Shown: positions 49,635 to 58,434, numbered from the stretch's first letter. The stretch: 64,000 nucleotides of DNA from an uncultured Actinomycetota bacterium (GCA_964515075.1 CAZETE010000002.1:40470-104469); one strand, 5' to 3'. Translations and numbers: made by a program. The notes: a model not told the origin generated them from the letters alone.

Positions 49635-49880
49635 TCAGCCGGCCTTCTTGGCGCAGATGAGCTCGACGGCGTCTCCCACCGTCTTGACCTGCGCGGCTTC
49701 GTCGTCGGTCACCCGCAGCCCGTATTCCCTCTCCATCTGCAGGAGCAGCTCCACCAGGTCCAGGGAGTCGGCGTCCAGGTCCTCGCGGAAGAGGGAGCTC
49801 TCCAGGATATCCGCCTCCGCCAGGTCCAGCGAAGCCGCCAGGGCCGCCCTGACCTTCTCAAAAACCTCCTGCCTGTCCAA
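49635..49880 (-). CDS. acyl carrier protein
   Basis: 81 aa with an LDADSLDLVELL phosphopantetheine-attachment Ser motif. TTG start with GAGGAGG upstream. Confidence 0.75.
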   Translation of the reverse strand: MDRQEVFEKVRAALAASLDLAEADILESSLFREDLDADSLDLVELLLQMEREYGLRVTDDEAAQVKTVGDAVELICAKKAG

Positions 49881-50001
49881 TCGCCATCACACCTCCTCGG
49901 GCACGGGCCTCACCCGCTGCCCGGCTCGCCGGACGAAGGATTGATTCATCCCATTATGAGAGCTGCCGCGCCCCTCCGCAAATCCCCGGGCGGCAGGCCC
50001 T

Positions 50002-50322
50002 TCAGGCCGGCGTCATCAGCCCGTTCTCGGACTCCATGGCCTCGACGGTCCCGGACGCCCCGTGGCGCAGATAGTGCCGCGCCAGCGCATAGGCGGCCAT
50101 CCCGCAGATGGGCAGGGTGGAGCAGACTCCCCCGATGATCAGCCCCCGCCGCCTTCTCCTCAAGCCTTCTTCCATCTCCAGGACCGTGTCGTCGATGCCG
50201 AAGGCCTGCCCCAGCTTCCTGATCTCGCCGGCCAGTCGGGGCGGCGGCTCCACGGGGCGGAGGGCGCCCCGCATCAACCCGGCCGTATGGAGATAACCGG
50301 CCCCTGCCCCCCGCAAGCTCAT
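50002..50322 (-). CDS. small single-pass membrane protein downstream of the ECF sigma (possible anti-sigma factor)
   Basis: 106 aa. The ATG at 50322 is 15 nt after the sigma-factor stop. One TM helix (LIIGGVCSTLPICGMAAYALA). Confidence 0.35.
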   Translation of the reverse strand: MSLRGAGAGYLHTAGLMRGALRPVEPPPRLAGEIRKLGQAFGIDDTVLEMEEGLRRRRRGLIIGGVCSTLPICGMAAYALARHYLRHGASGTVEAMESENGLMTPA

Positions 50323-50336
50323 CTTCCTGGCTATCC

Positions 50337-51017
50337 TCAATTGTTGTCCCCCCCTTCCAGGCCTCGCATGAGGCGGTGGACGCTGGCCAGGCTGCGGTGG
50401 ACCAGCACCTTGACGGCCCCCGGGCTCTTCCCCACCACCTCGGCTATCTCCTTGTGCTTCATCCCCTCCGCGAAGCGGAGGATGAGCACCTGCTGCTTCT
50501 CCGGCGGCAGGCAGCTCACCGCCAGCCTGACCCGCTCCATCTCCTCCTCGCGCTCCAGGCGCTCCCCGGGAACCTCCTCGCCCGAGACCACTTCCTCCCA
50601 GTCCTCCAAGTCCACCCACTGGCGGCCGGAGTTGTCCCGGTACCAGTTGGCCACCATGTTGTGGGCGATGCGCAGCAGCCAGGCCGAGAAGGAGACGCCC
50701 TGATACTCGTAGCGGTCCATGTGCACGAAGGCCTGCAGGAACACGTTGCTGGTGAGGTCCTCGGCGTCCTCCACGCTGCCCACGCGGTAATAGACGTAGG
50801 TGTACACCTTCTTCAGGTACTTGGCGTAGAGCTTGTCGAAGGCCTCGCGGTCCCGCTTGGCGCGGCCGACCAGCTCCCGGTCCTCGTGCTCGCCGCCGTT
50901 TGAGCGCCGGGCTCCCCGGGCGGTCCGCCCCTCCGTCTTTCCCTCCAGCTTCCTGTCCCTGTTCACCTGCGCTCTCCCGCCGCCGTCCTCGCTTCTCGCC
51001 TTCGCCCTGCTCATCAT
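50337..51017 (-). CDS. ECF-type RNA polymerase sigma factor
   Basis: Region 2 (DREAFDKLYAKYLKKVYTY...SNVFLQAF) and region 4 (LPPEKQQVLILRFAEGMKHKEIA). The ~45-aa basic N-terminal extension is uncertain. Confidence 0.75.
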   Translation of the reverse strand: MMSRAKARSEDGGGRAQVNRDRKLEGKTEGRTARGARRSNGGEHEDRELVGRAKRDREAFDKLYAKYLKKVYTYVYYRVGSVEDAEDLTSNVFLQAFVHMDRYEYQGVSFSAWLLRIAHNMVANWYRDNSGRQWVDLEDWEEVVSGEEVPGERLEREEEMERVRLAVSCLPPEKQQVLILRFAEGMKHKEIAEVVGKSPGAVKVLVHRSLASVHRLMRGLEGGDNN

Positions 51018-51134
51018 TATGGAAACACCCCGCCGGCCCGCGGGTTACGCCGCGCCTTCCCCGGGCAGGGGTCGAACGGATAGTATTATAATGGTTGCTG
51101 ACGGAAAAACGAGGCGTGACAGGAGGGATGAGAG

Positions 51135-51368
51135 TTGGCCAACGTGCCCCGCGCTTACTGCCCGTTCCGCTCGCCCCACACCCCGGGAGCGCTGGCGTTC
51201 TGCAACGACGAGTGCGCCCTGTACATCAAGAACACCAAGCTGCCGCCCCAGAAGGGCTGCGCCCTTGCCCTGATGGGGGTGCAGGCCCTGCAGAAGATCG
51301 TCGTGGCGCAGCAGAAGACGGAAAAAACCCCGCCGCCCGCCCCGCCCAAGCCCGCTGACGGCAGTTGA
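51135..51368 (+). CDS. small Cys-rich protein (77 aa), unknown function
   Basis: MANVPRAYCPFRSPHTPGALAFCNDECALYIKNTKLPPQKGC... TTG start with AGGAGGG 7 nt upstream. GC3-rich codons match genome usage. TTGA overlap with the uppS start. Confidence 0.45.
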   Translation: MANVPRAYCPFRSPHTPGALAFCNDECALYIKNTKLPPQKGCALALMGVQALQKIVVAQQKTEKTPPPAPPKPADGS

Positions 51369-52129
51369 AGGGGCCGGGGGCGATGGCGCGCGAGTCGAGT
51401 TTTGAGGCGATCATGCCCAGGCCCGAGGGGGACCTGCCCTTCCACGTGGCCGCCATCATGGACGGCAACGGCCGGTGGGCCAGCGCCCGGGGGCTTCCGC
51501 GCATCGCCGGGCACAAGGCGGGGGAGGACTCCATCACCGAGATAGTCCGGGTGGGCTCGGACTGGGGGCTGGGGGCCCTGACCCTCTTCGCCTTCTCCAC
51601 CGAGAACTGGAACCGTCCCCGCAACGAGGTCGATTTCCTGATGAGCTTCAACCGGAACCTGCTGCGCAAGCGCATCGACGAGTTCTGCGCCCGCAACATC
51701 CGCATCCGCCATTACGGGCGGCGGCGGCGGGTCCCCGACTCCACCATCGCAGAGATAGACCGGGCCGTCGAGATGACCCGGAACAACACCGGCATGGCGC
51801 TGAACATCGCCTTCAACTACGGCGGGCGGGCCGAGATCGTCGACGGGGCGCTGCGCATGGGAGAGGCGCTGCGGGACGGCCTGGTCACGCGGGAGGAGCT
51901 CGACGAGGAGTCCTTCCGCCGCTTCCTCTACGGCCCGGGCATCCCCGATCCCGACCTGCTCATAAGGACGTCCGGCGAGATGCGCATCAGCAACTTCCTC
52001 GTCTTCGAATCGGCCTGCACGGAGATCTACGTTACCGACACCCTGTGGCCCGACTTCCGGGCGGAGCACCTGGCGGAGGCGGTCAGGTACTACCAGGGCA
52101 GGATCAGGAGGGTGGGGCAAGTTCAATAA
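51365..52129 (+). CDS. uppS: undecaprenyl-diphosphate synthase
   Basis: HVAAIMDGNGRWA and ALTLFAFSTENWNRP motifs. Start is TTG 51365 or ATG 51383. Confidence 0.85.
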   Translation: MKGPGAMARESSFEAIMPRPEGDLPFHVAAIMDGNGRWASARGLPRIAGHKAGEDSITEIVRVGSDWGLGALTLFAFSTENWNRPRNEVDFLMSFNRNLLRKRIDEFCARNIRIRHYGRRRRVPDSTIAEIDRAVEMTRNNTGMALNIAFNYGGRAEIVDGALRMGEALRDGLVTREELDEESFRRFLYGPGIPDPDLLIRTSGEMRISNFLVFESACTEIYVTDTLWPDFRAEHLAEAVRYYQGRIRRVGQVQ

Positions 52130-52187
52130 CTTCAAGGACCAGGCCATAGTCCTCCGGAGGTACAAGCTGGGGGAGTCCGACCGCATC

Positions 52188-52910
52188 GTGGTCATGCTGA
52201 CCGAGCACCACGGCGTGGTCCGGGCGGTGGCCAAGGGGGTCCGGCGCACCACCTCGAAGTTCGGAGCCCGCCTGGACCCCTTCGTGCAGACCCGGGTGCT
52301 CTTCCACAAGGGCCGGGAGCTGGACACGATAACCCAGGCCGAGACCATCGACTCCCACGCGCGGCTGCGCGACGACTACCGCCGCTTCATCTTCGGTCAG
52401 GCCATGCTGGAGATGGCCTGGTGCTCCCTGCACGAGGGCCAGCAGGTCCCCCGGCTCTTCGAGGCCCTGGAGCTCTCCCTGCGCGCCCTGGAGGAAGAGG
52501 GCGGCGACCACCTGCTGCTGCTGGCCGCCTTCGAGCTGAAGGTGTGCGGCCTCATCGGCTACCGGCCCCGATTCCTGGAATGCCCGCTCTGCGGGGCCCC
52601 CTTGAGCGGGCGCCCCGTCCGCCTCAGCCCGGGGAGCGGCGGGGCCGTCTGCGACGGCTGCTGCGGCCCGGCGCCGGGATCTCGCCGCGTCAGCCCGGAA
52701 GCGCTGCGGCTCTCCGAACGCCTGCTGCGCGAGACCATGCAGGAGGTGGCCTCCCTGCGGGTGCAGCCGGGGCTGGCCCGCGAGGCCTTGGGGCTGGCCT
52801 TCGATTTCGCCGAATACCAGCTGGAGCGCGGGCTCAAATCCCACGCCGTCATCCTCCGCTACCTGGGCGGCGCGGAGGGGGCGCCGGACGGCAGAAGCTG
52901 CGTCCCCTGA
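52188..52910 (+). CDS. recO: DNA repair protein RecO (conserved N-terminus extends upstream to ~52122 without a canonical start)
   Basis: C-terminal zinc motif (CPLCG...CDGCC). The frame continues upstream as ...NFKDQAIVLRRYKLGESDRIVVMLT, matching the RecO N-terminal OB fold. The ORF-track start is GTG 52188. Confidence 0.75.
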   Translation: MVMLTEHHGVVRAVAKGVRRTTSKFGARLDPFVQTRVLFHKGRELDTITQAETIDSHARLRDDYRRFIFGQAMLEMAWCSLHEGQQVPRLFEALELSLRALEEEGGDHLLLLAAFELKVCGLIGYRPRFLECPLCGAPLSGRPVRLSPGSGGAVCDGCCGPAPGSRRVSPEALRLSERLLRETMQEVASLRVQPGLAREALGLAFDFAEYQLERGLKSHAVILRYLGGAEGAPDGRSCVP

Positions 52911-52923
52911 ACTCGCTTCTCCT

Positions 52924-52976
52924 TTTGAAAAATCACCCCTTGACATCCCCTCTTCCGCAAGGTATATTGGAGATGG
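52924..52976 (+). promoter_or_regulatory. near-consensus sigma70 promoter with upstream A-tract (TTGACA-N17-TATATT)
   Basis: ccTTTTGAAAAATcaccccTTGACAtcccctcttccgcaaggTATATTgg. The -35 is at 52941-52946 and the -10 at 52964-52969. It points into the repeat-rich recO-deoC spacer. Confidence 0.55.
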
Positions 52977-53255
52977 TCCCAAGTGGCTGGAAGAGCCGAA
53001 GACCTAAAGAACCGGTGCCGGGCCCCGGAAGGCGAGAGTTAGAAGGGGAGAGGCGCAGGGGGAAGCGGGAAGCGGCCTCGGAGGTTACTTGGGGCCACTA
53101 ATCTTTTCCCGCATTCAGATCGCCCCCCTTGCAACTTCCGTCCTTTCACCCTTTTTGCCTTTTCGCCCTCCCGGCCTTCCGCCCCCTGCCTTCCGCCCCT
53201 CCGCCCCCTTGCCCCTCCGCTCTCATCCCTTTATCTCTACACTCCTTCGCCTTCG

Positions 53256-53400
53256 TTCTCCCGCCCTCGCTCTCCCACCTTCGCCCCTCCGCTTTCGCCC
53301 CTCCGTTCTTCCGCCCTCGCTCTCCCACCTTCGCCCCTCCGCTTTCGCCCCTCCGCTTCCGCCCCTCCGCTTCCGCCCCTCCGCTTCCGCCCCTCCGCTT
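53256..53400 (+). repeat. pyrimidine-rich direct repeats: 2 x 50 bp, then ~4.6 copies of a 14-bp unit (CTCCGCTTCCGCCC)
   Basis: 53256-53305 and 53306-53355 are identical apart from one mismatch. 53337-53400 are 14-bp tandem copies. The minus strand reads as repeated GGAGGGGCGGAAGC. Confidence 0.8.
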
Positions 53401-53403
53401 AAT

Positions 53404-53496
53404 CCGGGGTCAGGCCCTGACGACAATTGACAAAATGCCCATGCCCGCCATGGCCTCAACCCGGTTTTGTCAATTGCCGTCAGGGCCTGACCCCGG
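53404..53496. repeat. long inverted repeat (32-bp arms, 29-nt loop) overlapping the 3' end of deoC
   Basis: CCGGGGTCAGGCCCTGACGACAATTGACAAAA ... TTTTGTCAATTGCCGTCAGGGCCTGACCCCGG with one mismatch. Likely a bidirectional terminator or structured RNA element. Confidence 0.75.
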
Positions 53497-54222
53497 ATTC
53501 TGGCGCCAGTCGTATTGGGCCAGGTACTCCTGGAGAATGGTGGCGGCGGACGAGGTGCCGATGCGGTTGGCTCCCGCTTCCAGCATGGTCAGCACGTCCC
53601 GAAGCTCGCGGATGCCGCCGGCGGCCTTCACCCCCATGCCCGTCCCGGCCTCCTCCCGCATCAGCCGGACGTCCTCCGCCTTCGCCCCGGCCGGACCCAT
53701 CCCGGTGGAGGTCTTGACGAAGTCGGCCCCCGCCTCCCCCGCCAGCGACACCGCCCGCTTGATCTCCTCACGGCTCAGGTAGCAGGTCTCCAGGATCACC
53801 TTGACGATGATGCGGCCCTCGCCTTTCCCCGCGTCGTAGCGGCGGGCCAGGCGCACCACTCCACCTATGTCCTCCTTGACCTGCTCATAGCGGCGCGATT
53901 TCATGGCGCTGACGTTCATGACCATGTCGATCTCCTGCGCCCCCTGCTGCAGGGCGTAGACGGTCTCGGCCTTCTTGGCGTCGCCGCCGGAGTACCCGAA
54001 GGGAAACCCCACCACCGCGTCGAGCTTGACCCCGCTGGCGGCCAGCTCCAAGCGGGCGAAGGGGAGGTAGTAGAGGGGCAGGCAGACGCAGCGGAAACCG
54101 CCGTCCCTGGCCTCCCGCAAAAAACCCAGGTATTCCTTCTCGCTGGCCTCGGGGCGCAGCAGGGTGGAATCGATGAGCTGGGTGAGGTGAGCGGGCGTGG
54201 GAAAGATCTCCTTGATATCCAA
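53470..54222 (-). CDS. deoC: deoxyribose-phosphate aldolase
   Basis: 250 aa with the DeoC/LacD aldolase fold (VVGFPFGYS...VKTSTG; Schiff-base Lys in FVKTSTG). The last nine codons lie inside the inverted repeat. Confidence 0.8.
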   Translation of the reverse strand: MDIKEIFPTPAHLTQLIDSTLLRPEASEKEYLGFLREARDGGFRCVCLPLYYLPFARLELAASGVKLDAVVGFPFGYSGGDAKKAETVYALQQGAQEIDMVMNVSAMKSRRYEQVKEDIGGVVRLARRYDAGKGEGRIIVKVILETCYLSREEIKRAVSLAGEAGADFVKTSTGMGPAGAKAEDVRLMREEAGTGMGVKAAGGIRELRDVLTMLEAGANRIGTSSAATILQEYLAQYDWRQNPGSGPDGN

Positions 54223-54268
54223 GTCACGATCACCTCGTTCCGTTCTACCAGAGCCTCAATATATGCAG

Positions 54269-55165
54269 TCAGAGGCCGAGGCGGGCGATGGAGCCGGGGC
54301 GCCGGGTCCAGTCCTTCTCCACCTTGACGTGCAGGTCCAGGAAGACGCGCTCCCCCAGCAGGGACTCGATCTCCGCCCGGGCCTGGCTGCCCGCCTCCTT
54401 GAGCAGCCTCCCGCCCCTGCCGATGATGATGCCCTTCTGGGACTCGCGCTCCACGAAGATGACCGCACGGACGTCCATGAGCCCGGAGCCCTCGCGCCTC
54501 TCCATCTCCTCCACCTGCACGGCCACGCTGTGCGGGACCTCCTCATGGGTCAGGCGGATGATCTTCTCCCGCACCAGCTCGGCCACGATGAAGGAGGCGG
54601 GCTGGTCGGTGACCACGTCGTCGGGGTAGTAGCGCGGTCCCTCCGGCAGCAGGGTCACGATCTCCTCGACGAGGGCGTGCACGTTCTCTCCGGTGCGGGC
54701 GGACAGCGGGATCACCGTGCGGAAGTCGCCCAGGTTCCCGGCCACCGACAGCTGGGCCTCCACCTGCTGCCCGCTCAGCCTGTCGATCTTGTTCAGCGCG
54801 ACCAGGACCGGCGTCTTCAGGCCGGCCAGCTCCCTGGATATGTAGAGATCGCCCCGCCCGACGGCCTGGGTTCCGTCCAGCACCAGCAGGACCACGTCCA
54901 CGTCGGTGAAGGTCTCCTTGACCTGCTTGTTGAGCCGCTCCCCCAGGGCGTTGCGCGGCTTGTGGAAACCGGGGGTGTCGATGAAGACCGCCTGGGCCTC
55001 GCCGGTGTTGACGACGCAGCGGATGCGGTTGCGCGTCGTCTGGGGCTTGTTGGAGATGATGGCCACCTTGCGGTGGGCCAGGTTGTTGAGGAGGGTGGAC
55101 TTGCCCACGTTGGGCCGCCCGATTATCCCCACGAAACCCGACTTGAACCCCTCTTCCCCCGCCAT
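54269..55165 (-). CDS. era: GTPase Era
   Basis: G1 GRPNVGKST, DTPG, NKID and a C-terminal KH domain. The ATG at 55165 has GGAGG upstream; the ORF-track start at 55207 is less likely. Confidence 0.85.
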   Translation of the reverse strand: MAGEEGFKSGFVGIIGRPNVGKSTLLNNLAHRKVAIISNKPQTTRNRIRCVVNTGEAQAVFIDTPGFHKPRNALGERLNKQVKETFTDVDVVLLVLDGTQAVGRGDLYISRELAGLKTPVLVALNKIDRLSGQQVEAQLSVAGNLGDFRTVIPLSARTGENVHALVEEIVTLLPEGPRYYPDDVVTDQPASFIVAELVREKIIRLTHEEVPHSVAVQVEEMERREGSGLMDVRAVIFVERESQKGIIIGRGGRLLKEAGSQARAEIESLLGERVFLDLHVKVEKDWTRRPGSIARLGL

Positions 55166-55238
55166 TCCGCCTCCAATCCGCCGCCCGGGCCGCGCCCGCG
55201 CCTTCAAGGTTACCAGAAGCCGGCCTCGCCCGCCCCTC

Positions 55239-56402
55239 CTAGAGCTGCGAGAAGCGATGCATGTTCACGTTGACCAGCAGGGCCACCGACATCAGGCTGA
55301 CGATCATGCTGGTCCCCCCGTAGCTTATGAAGGGTAAGGGGATGCCGGTGATGGGCATGATGCCCATGGTCATGCCGATGTTCACCACCATCTGGAAGGC
55401 GAACATGGCGATGATGCCTACGGCGATGTAGGTCCCGTAGAAGTCGCGGGAGTTGTTGGCCACCATCAGGCAGCGCCAGAGCAAGAAGCAGAGGGCGAAG
55501 ATGAGGACCAGGCCGCCCACGAGGCCCAGCTCCTCCCCCACCACGGAGAAGATGAAGTCGGTGTGCCGCTCGGGCAGGAAGTTGAGGTTGGTCTGGGTGC
55601 CCTTGAGCAGCCCCTTGCCCGTCACCTGCCCCGAGCCGATGGCTATCTTGGACTGGGCCAGCTGGTATCCGGCCGACTTGATCTCGGAGCCCTGGCTCAA
55701 GAAGGCGGTGAGGCGCTCCAACTGCACGCTGGTGAGGATGTTGAAGAAGATCCCCACGGCGAAGGCCAGGACCCCGGCGCCGACCAACCCGAACCAGTAA
55801 CGCATGCGCACGCCGGCCAGAAAGAGCATGGAGAGGAGGATGGCCACGTAGACCATGGCCGTCCCCAGGTCCGGCTCGAGCAGGACCAGGAAGACGTAGG
55901 GGAGGGTCCAGGCCACCGGCATGGCGAAGAACCTGAAGGAATCCGGCTCGTACTTGTTGTCGGAGAGCAGGTTGGCCAGGGTCAGGATCAGCGCCAGCTT
56001 GGCGTACTCCGACGGCTGGATGCTCACGGGCCCCAGGGTGAACCAGCCGCTGGACCCCTTGATCTCGGTCCAGAAGAGCACCAGCACCAGCAGGACCATG
56101 ACCCCTCCGTAGAGGAAGGGGGTGGCGACCTTGAGGCGCCGGTAATCGAAGCTGAGCATGAGCGCCCCGAACGCCAGCCCCATGATCACCGCGATCACCT
56201 GCTTCCACACGTAGCTGTGGGAGATGCCGTGCGAGGCGCTGTAGATGATGAGGATGCCGTAGCCCACCAGGAACAGCGCCGCGCCCGGCAGGAGCAGGTC
56301 CATATGCCGGGTGGGCAGCTCGCCCAGGCGCCGGGCCACCTCCTCGCGCTGCTTGCGCTCGGTGACCTTGGGCATGAGCACGCGCCCCAAGCGCTCCGGC
56401 AT
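55239..56402 (-). CDS. rodA: SEDS-family peptidoglycan glycosyltransferase RodA
   Basis: 10-TM FtsW/RodA family. Sits downstream of mrdA in the mre operon. Confidence 0.8.
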   Translation of the reverse strand: MPERLGRVLMPKVTERKQREEVARRLGELPTRHMDLLLPGAALFLVGYGILIIYSASHGISHSYVWKQVIAVIMGLAFGALMLSFDYRRLKVATPFLYGGVMVLLVLVLFWTEIKGSSGWFTLGPVSIQPSEYAKLALILTLANLLSDNKYEPDSFRFFAMPVAWTLPYVFLVLLEPDLGTAMVYVAILLSMLFLAGVRMRYWFGLVGAGVLAFAVGIFFNILTSVQLERLTAFLSQGSEIKSAGYQLAQSKIAIGSGQVTGKGLLKGTQTNLNFLPERHTDFIFSVVGEELGLVGGLVLIFALCFLLWRCLMVANNSRDFYGTYIAVGIIAMFAFQMVVNIGMTMGIMPITGIPLPFISYGGTSMIVSLMSVALLVNVNMHRFSQL

Positions 56403-56454
56403 TATCCGGCCTCCCTAAGACTCGCGTCGGCTCCTCGCATCTTCCCAAAGCCTC

Positions 56455-58434
56455 CTAATCGCCCGGGGTCGGCAGCAGCGGCGAGTACGGCAGCTGGTAG
56501 ATGTGCTCCAGGATGCGCCGGGCCACCGGCGCCGCCACCATCCCCCCGTGCCCCCCGTGCTCCACCATCACCACGATGACGTACTGCGGGTCGTCCGCCG
56601 GCGCGTAGCAGGCGAACCAGGCGGTGGGCGACCTGCCCTCCCCCATCTCGGCCGTGCCGGTCTTGCCGGCCACCGGGATGACGCTCAAGGGAAATCCGGC
56701 GAAGGTGGCGGCCGCGGTGCCCTTCCCCTGCATCACGCCTGCCAGGCCGGCGCGGACCGTCTCGATGCTTTCGGGGCCCACCGATATGCCCAGCGGGTTG
56801 TTGGTGTCGGTCAGGTCGCCCAGCTTCTCCGGCTGGATGACCTCCTTCGAGTCCCCCTCCCAGGTCAGCACCTCCTTGCCCACGTGGGGCGTGTAGAAGA
56901 CCCCGCGGTTGGCTATGGCCGCGAAGATGTTGGCCAGCTGCAGGGGGGTCACCAGGATGTCGCCCTGCCCGATGGCCATGCTCACCGTGTCGCCGGGGTT
57001 CCACTGCTGGTACTCCGGGTTGTTCCTGTTGAAATCCCGCTTCCAGGCCGGCGTGGGCACCCGGCCCTCGAACTCGTTGGGAAGGTCGATGCCCGTCTTG
57101 GACCCCAGGCCGGAGAGGCGGGCGTAGTCCTGCAGGATGTTGCGCCACTCCGCGCCGGGGCCGGCCGGGTTGCTGGCCGGCTTGGACTGCCTGTAGAGCT
57201 CGTAACCGATGGTGTAGAAGACCACGTCGCACGACTGCACGATCCCGTTGACCAGGTCTATCTTCCCGTGCTCCCCCCAGCAGGTCTTCCTGTAGATGCC
57301 CGCGAACTCCCCCACGTCGAAGACGTGCCCGCAGTAGAAGGGGGTGTAGGGGCTGTATCCCAGCTCCTCCATGCCCGCCATGGCGGTGATGGGCTTGAAG
57401 GTGGAGCCGGGCGGGTACTGGCCCACCATGGCCCGGTTGTTGAGGGGATAGTGCTTGGAGGGGTCGTTCATCTCCTCCCACTTCTGCTCGTTGATGCCCC
57501 CCACGAAGTCGGAGAGGTCGAAGGCGGGCTCCGAGGCCATGGCCAGGACCTCCCCGTTGCGCGGGTCCAGCACCACCACCGCGCCCGCCGTGGCCGGGAA
57601 GTTCTGCTCCCGCTCCTTGTCGTAGAAGCCCCTGGCCATCTGCATGCCCGCCAGCAGGCTCTCCTCCGCCACCTCCTGCAGGCCGCGGTCGAGGGTGAGC
57701 ATGAGGCTGTTGCCCGGGACGGGGCTCTCCCCCCCCATCTCGCGCAGGGGCTTGCCCCGGGCGTCCACCTCCACGTAGGAGACCCCGTTGACCCCGCGCA
57801 GGGTGTCCTCGTAATAGGCCTCCACCCCGGAGGTGCCCACGATATCCCCGGCCTTGTAGCCCTTCTCGGCCAGCGCCTCCAGCTGCTCCCGGCTGATCTC
57901 GCCCAGGTAGCCCAGGACGTGGGCGGCCCGCGTCTCCTCCCCTTCCGGGTAGTCGCGCACCGGGAGTTCCTGCATCTGCACCCAGGGGAAGTCCTGCTTG
58001 CGTTCGATGAGGTAGAACCAGACCTCCGGGTCGATGTCCTTCTTGATGAGCACCGGCTCGTGCTGCGGGACGTCGCCGGCCCGCAGCTTGCCGGTGATGC
58101 TCTCCGGCTCCATGTCCAGGATGGCGGCCAGCTCGGCCACCTTCTCCTCCCTGTCCTCCACCTTCTTGTAGTCGTCGGGGACCACCGCTATGGAGAGGGC
58201 CAGGCGGTTGACCACCATCTTCACCCCGTTGCGGTCGAGGACATAGCCGCGCTGGGCCTCCAGCGCCACCTCCCGGATGCGGTTGCCGGAGGCCAGCGCC
58301 TCGTACCTCTCGCCCTGCACCACCTGGAGGAAGTACAGCCGGATGACCAGCGCCCCCACCAGTACGGCGAAGAAGAACACGAAGATGGTGAAGCGGTGCA
58401 CCATCCCGCCCCTCTGCTGCTGGTTTACCGCCAT
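56455..58434 (-). CDS. mrdA: penicillin-binding protein 2 (elongasome transpeptidase)
   Basis: N-terminal TM helix plus the STFK, SCD and KTGT transpeptidase motifs. Confidence 0.85.
   Translation of the reverse strand: MAVNQQQRGGMVHRFTIFVFFFAVLVGALVIRLYFLQVVQGERYEALASGNRIREVALEAQRGYVLDRNGVKMVVNRLALSIAVVPDDYKKVEDREEKVAELAAILDMEPESITGKLRAGDVPQHEPVLIKKDIDPEVWFYLIERKQDFPWVQMQELPVRDYPEGEETRAAHVLGYLGEISREQLEALAEKGYKAGDIVGTSGVEAYYEDTLRGVNGVSYVEVDARGKPLREMGGESPVPGNSLMLTLDRGLQEVAEESLLAGMQMARGFYDKEREQNFPATAGAVVVLDPRNGEVLAMASEPAFDLSDFVGGINEQKWEEMNDPSKHYPLNNRAMVGQYPPGSTFKPITAMAGMEELGYSPYTPFYCGHVFDVGEFAGIYRKTCWGEHGKIDLVNGIVQSCDVVFYTIGYELYRQSKPASNPAGPGAEWRNILQDYARLSGLGSKTGIDLPNEFEGRVPTPAWKRDFNRNNPEYQQWNPGDTVSMAIGQGDILVTPLQLANIFAAIANRGVFYTPHVGKEVLTWEGDSKEVIQPEKLGDLTDTNNPLGISVGPESIETVRAGLAGVMQGKGTAAATFAGFPLSVIPVAGKTGTAEMGEGRSPTAWFACYAPADDPQYVIVVMVEHGGHGGMVAAPVARRILEHIYQLPYSPLLPTPGD

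Noticed and set aside
51095-51358. 87-aa alternative-frame ORF overlapping the small Cys-rich ORF
   Set aside because: R/A/G/P-rich low-complexity product. The overlapping 51135..51368 frame has the RBS, coupling and codon usage.
53256-53400. Tandem repeats considered as a possible CRISPR array
   Set aside because: Units are contiguous (14 bp and 50 bp) with no unique spacers. No cas genes nearby. These are simple direct repeats.
53089-53430. 113-aa proline/leucine/serine-rich ORF with GGAGG-N7-TTG
   Set aside because: Generated by CT-rich tandem repeats. Heavy use of CTT/TTT/CCT/ACT codons contrasts with the GC3-rich usage of every confident gene. It is kept as part of the non-coding-element finding and not called as a CDS.
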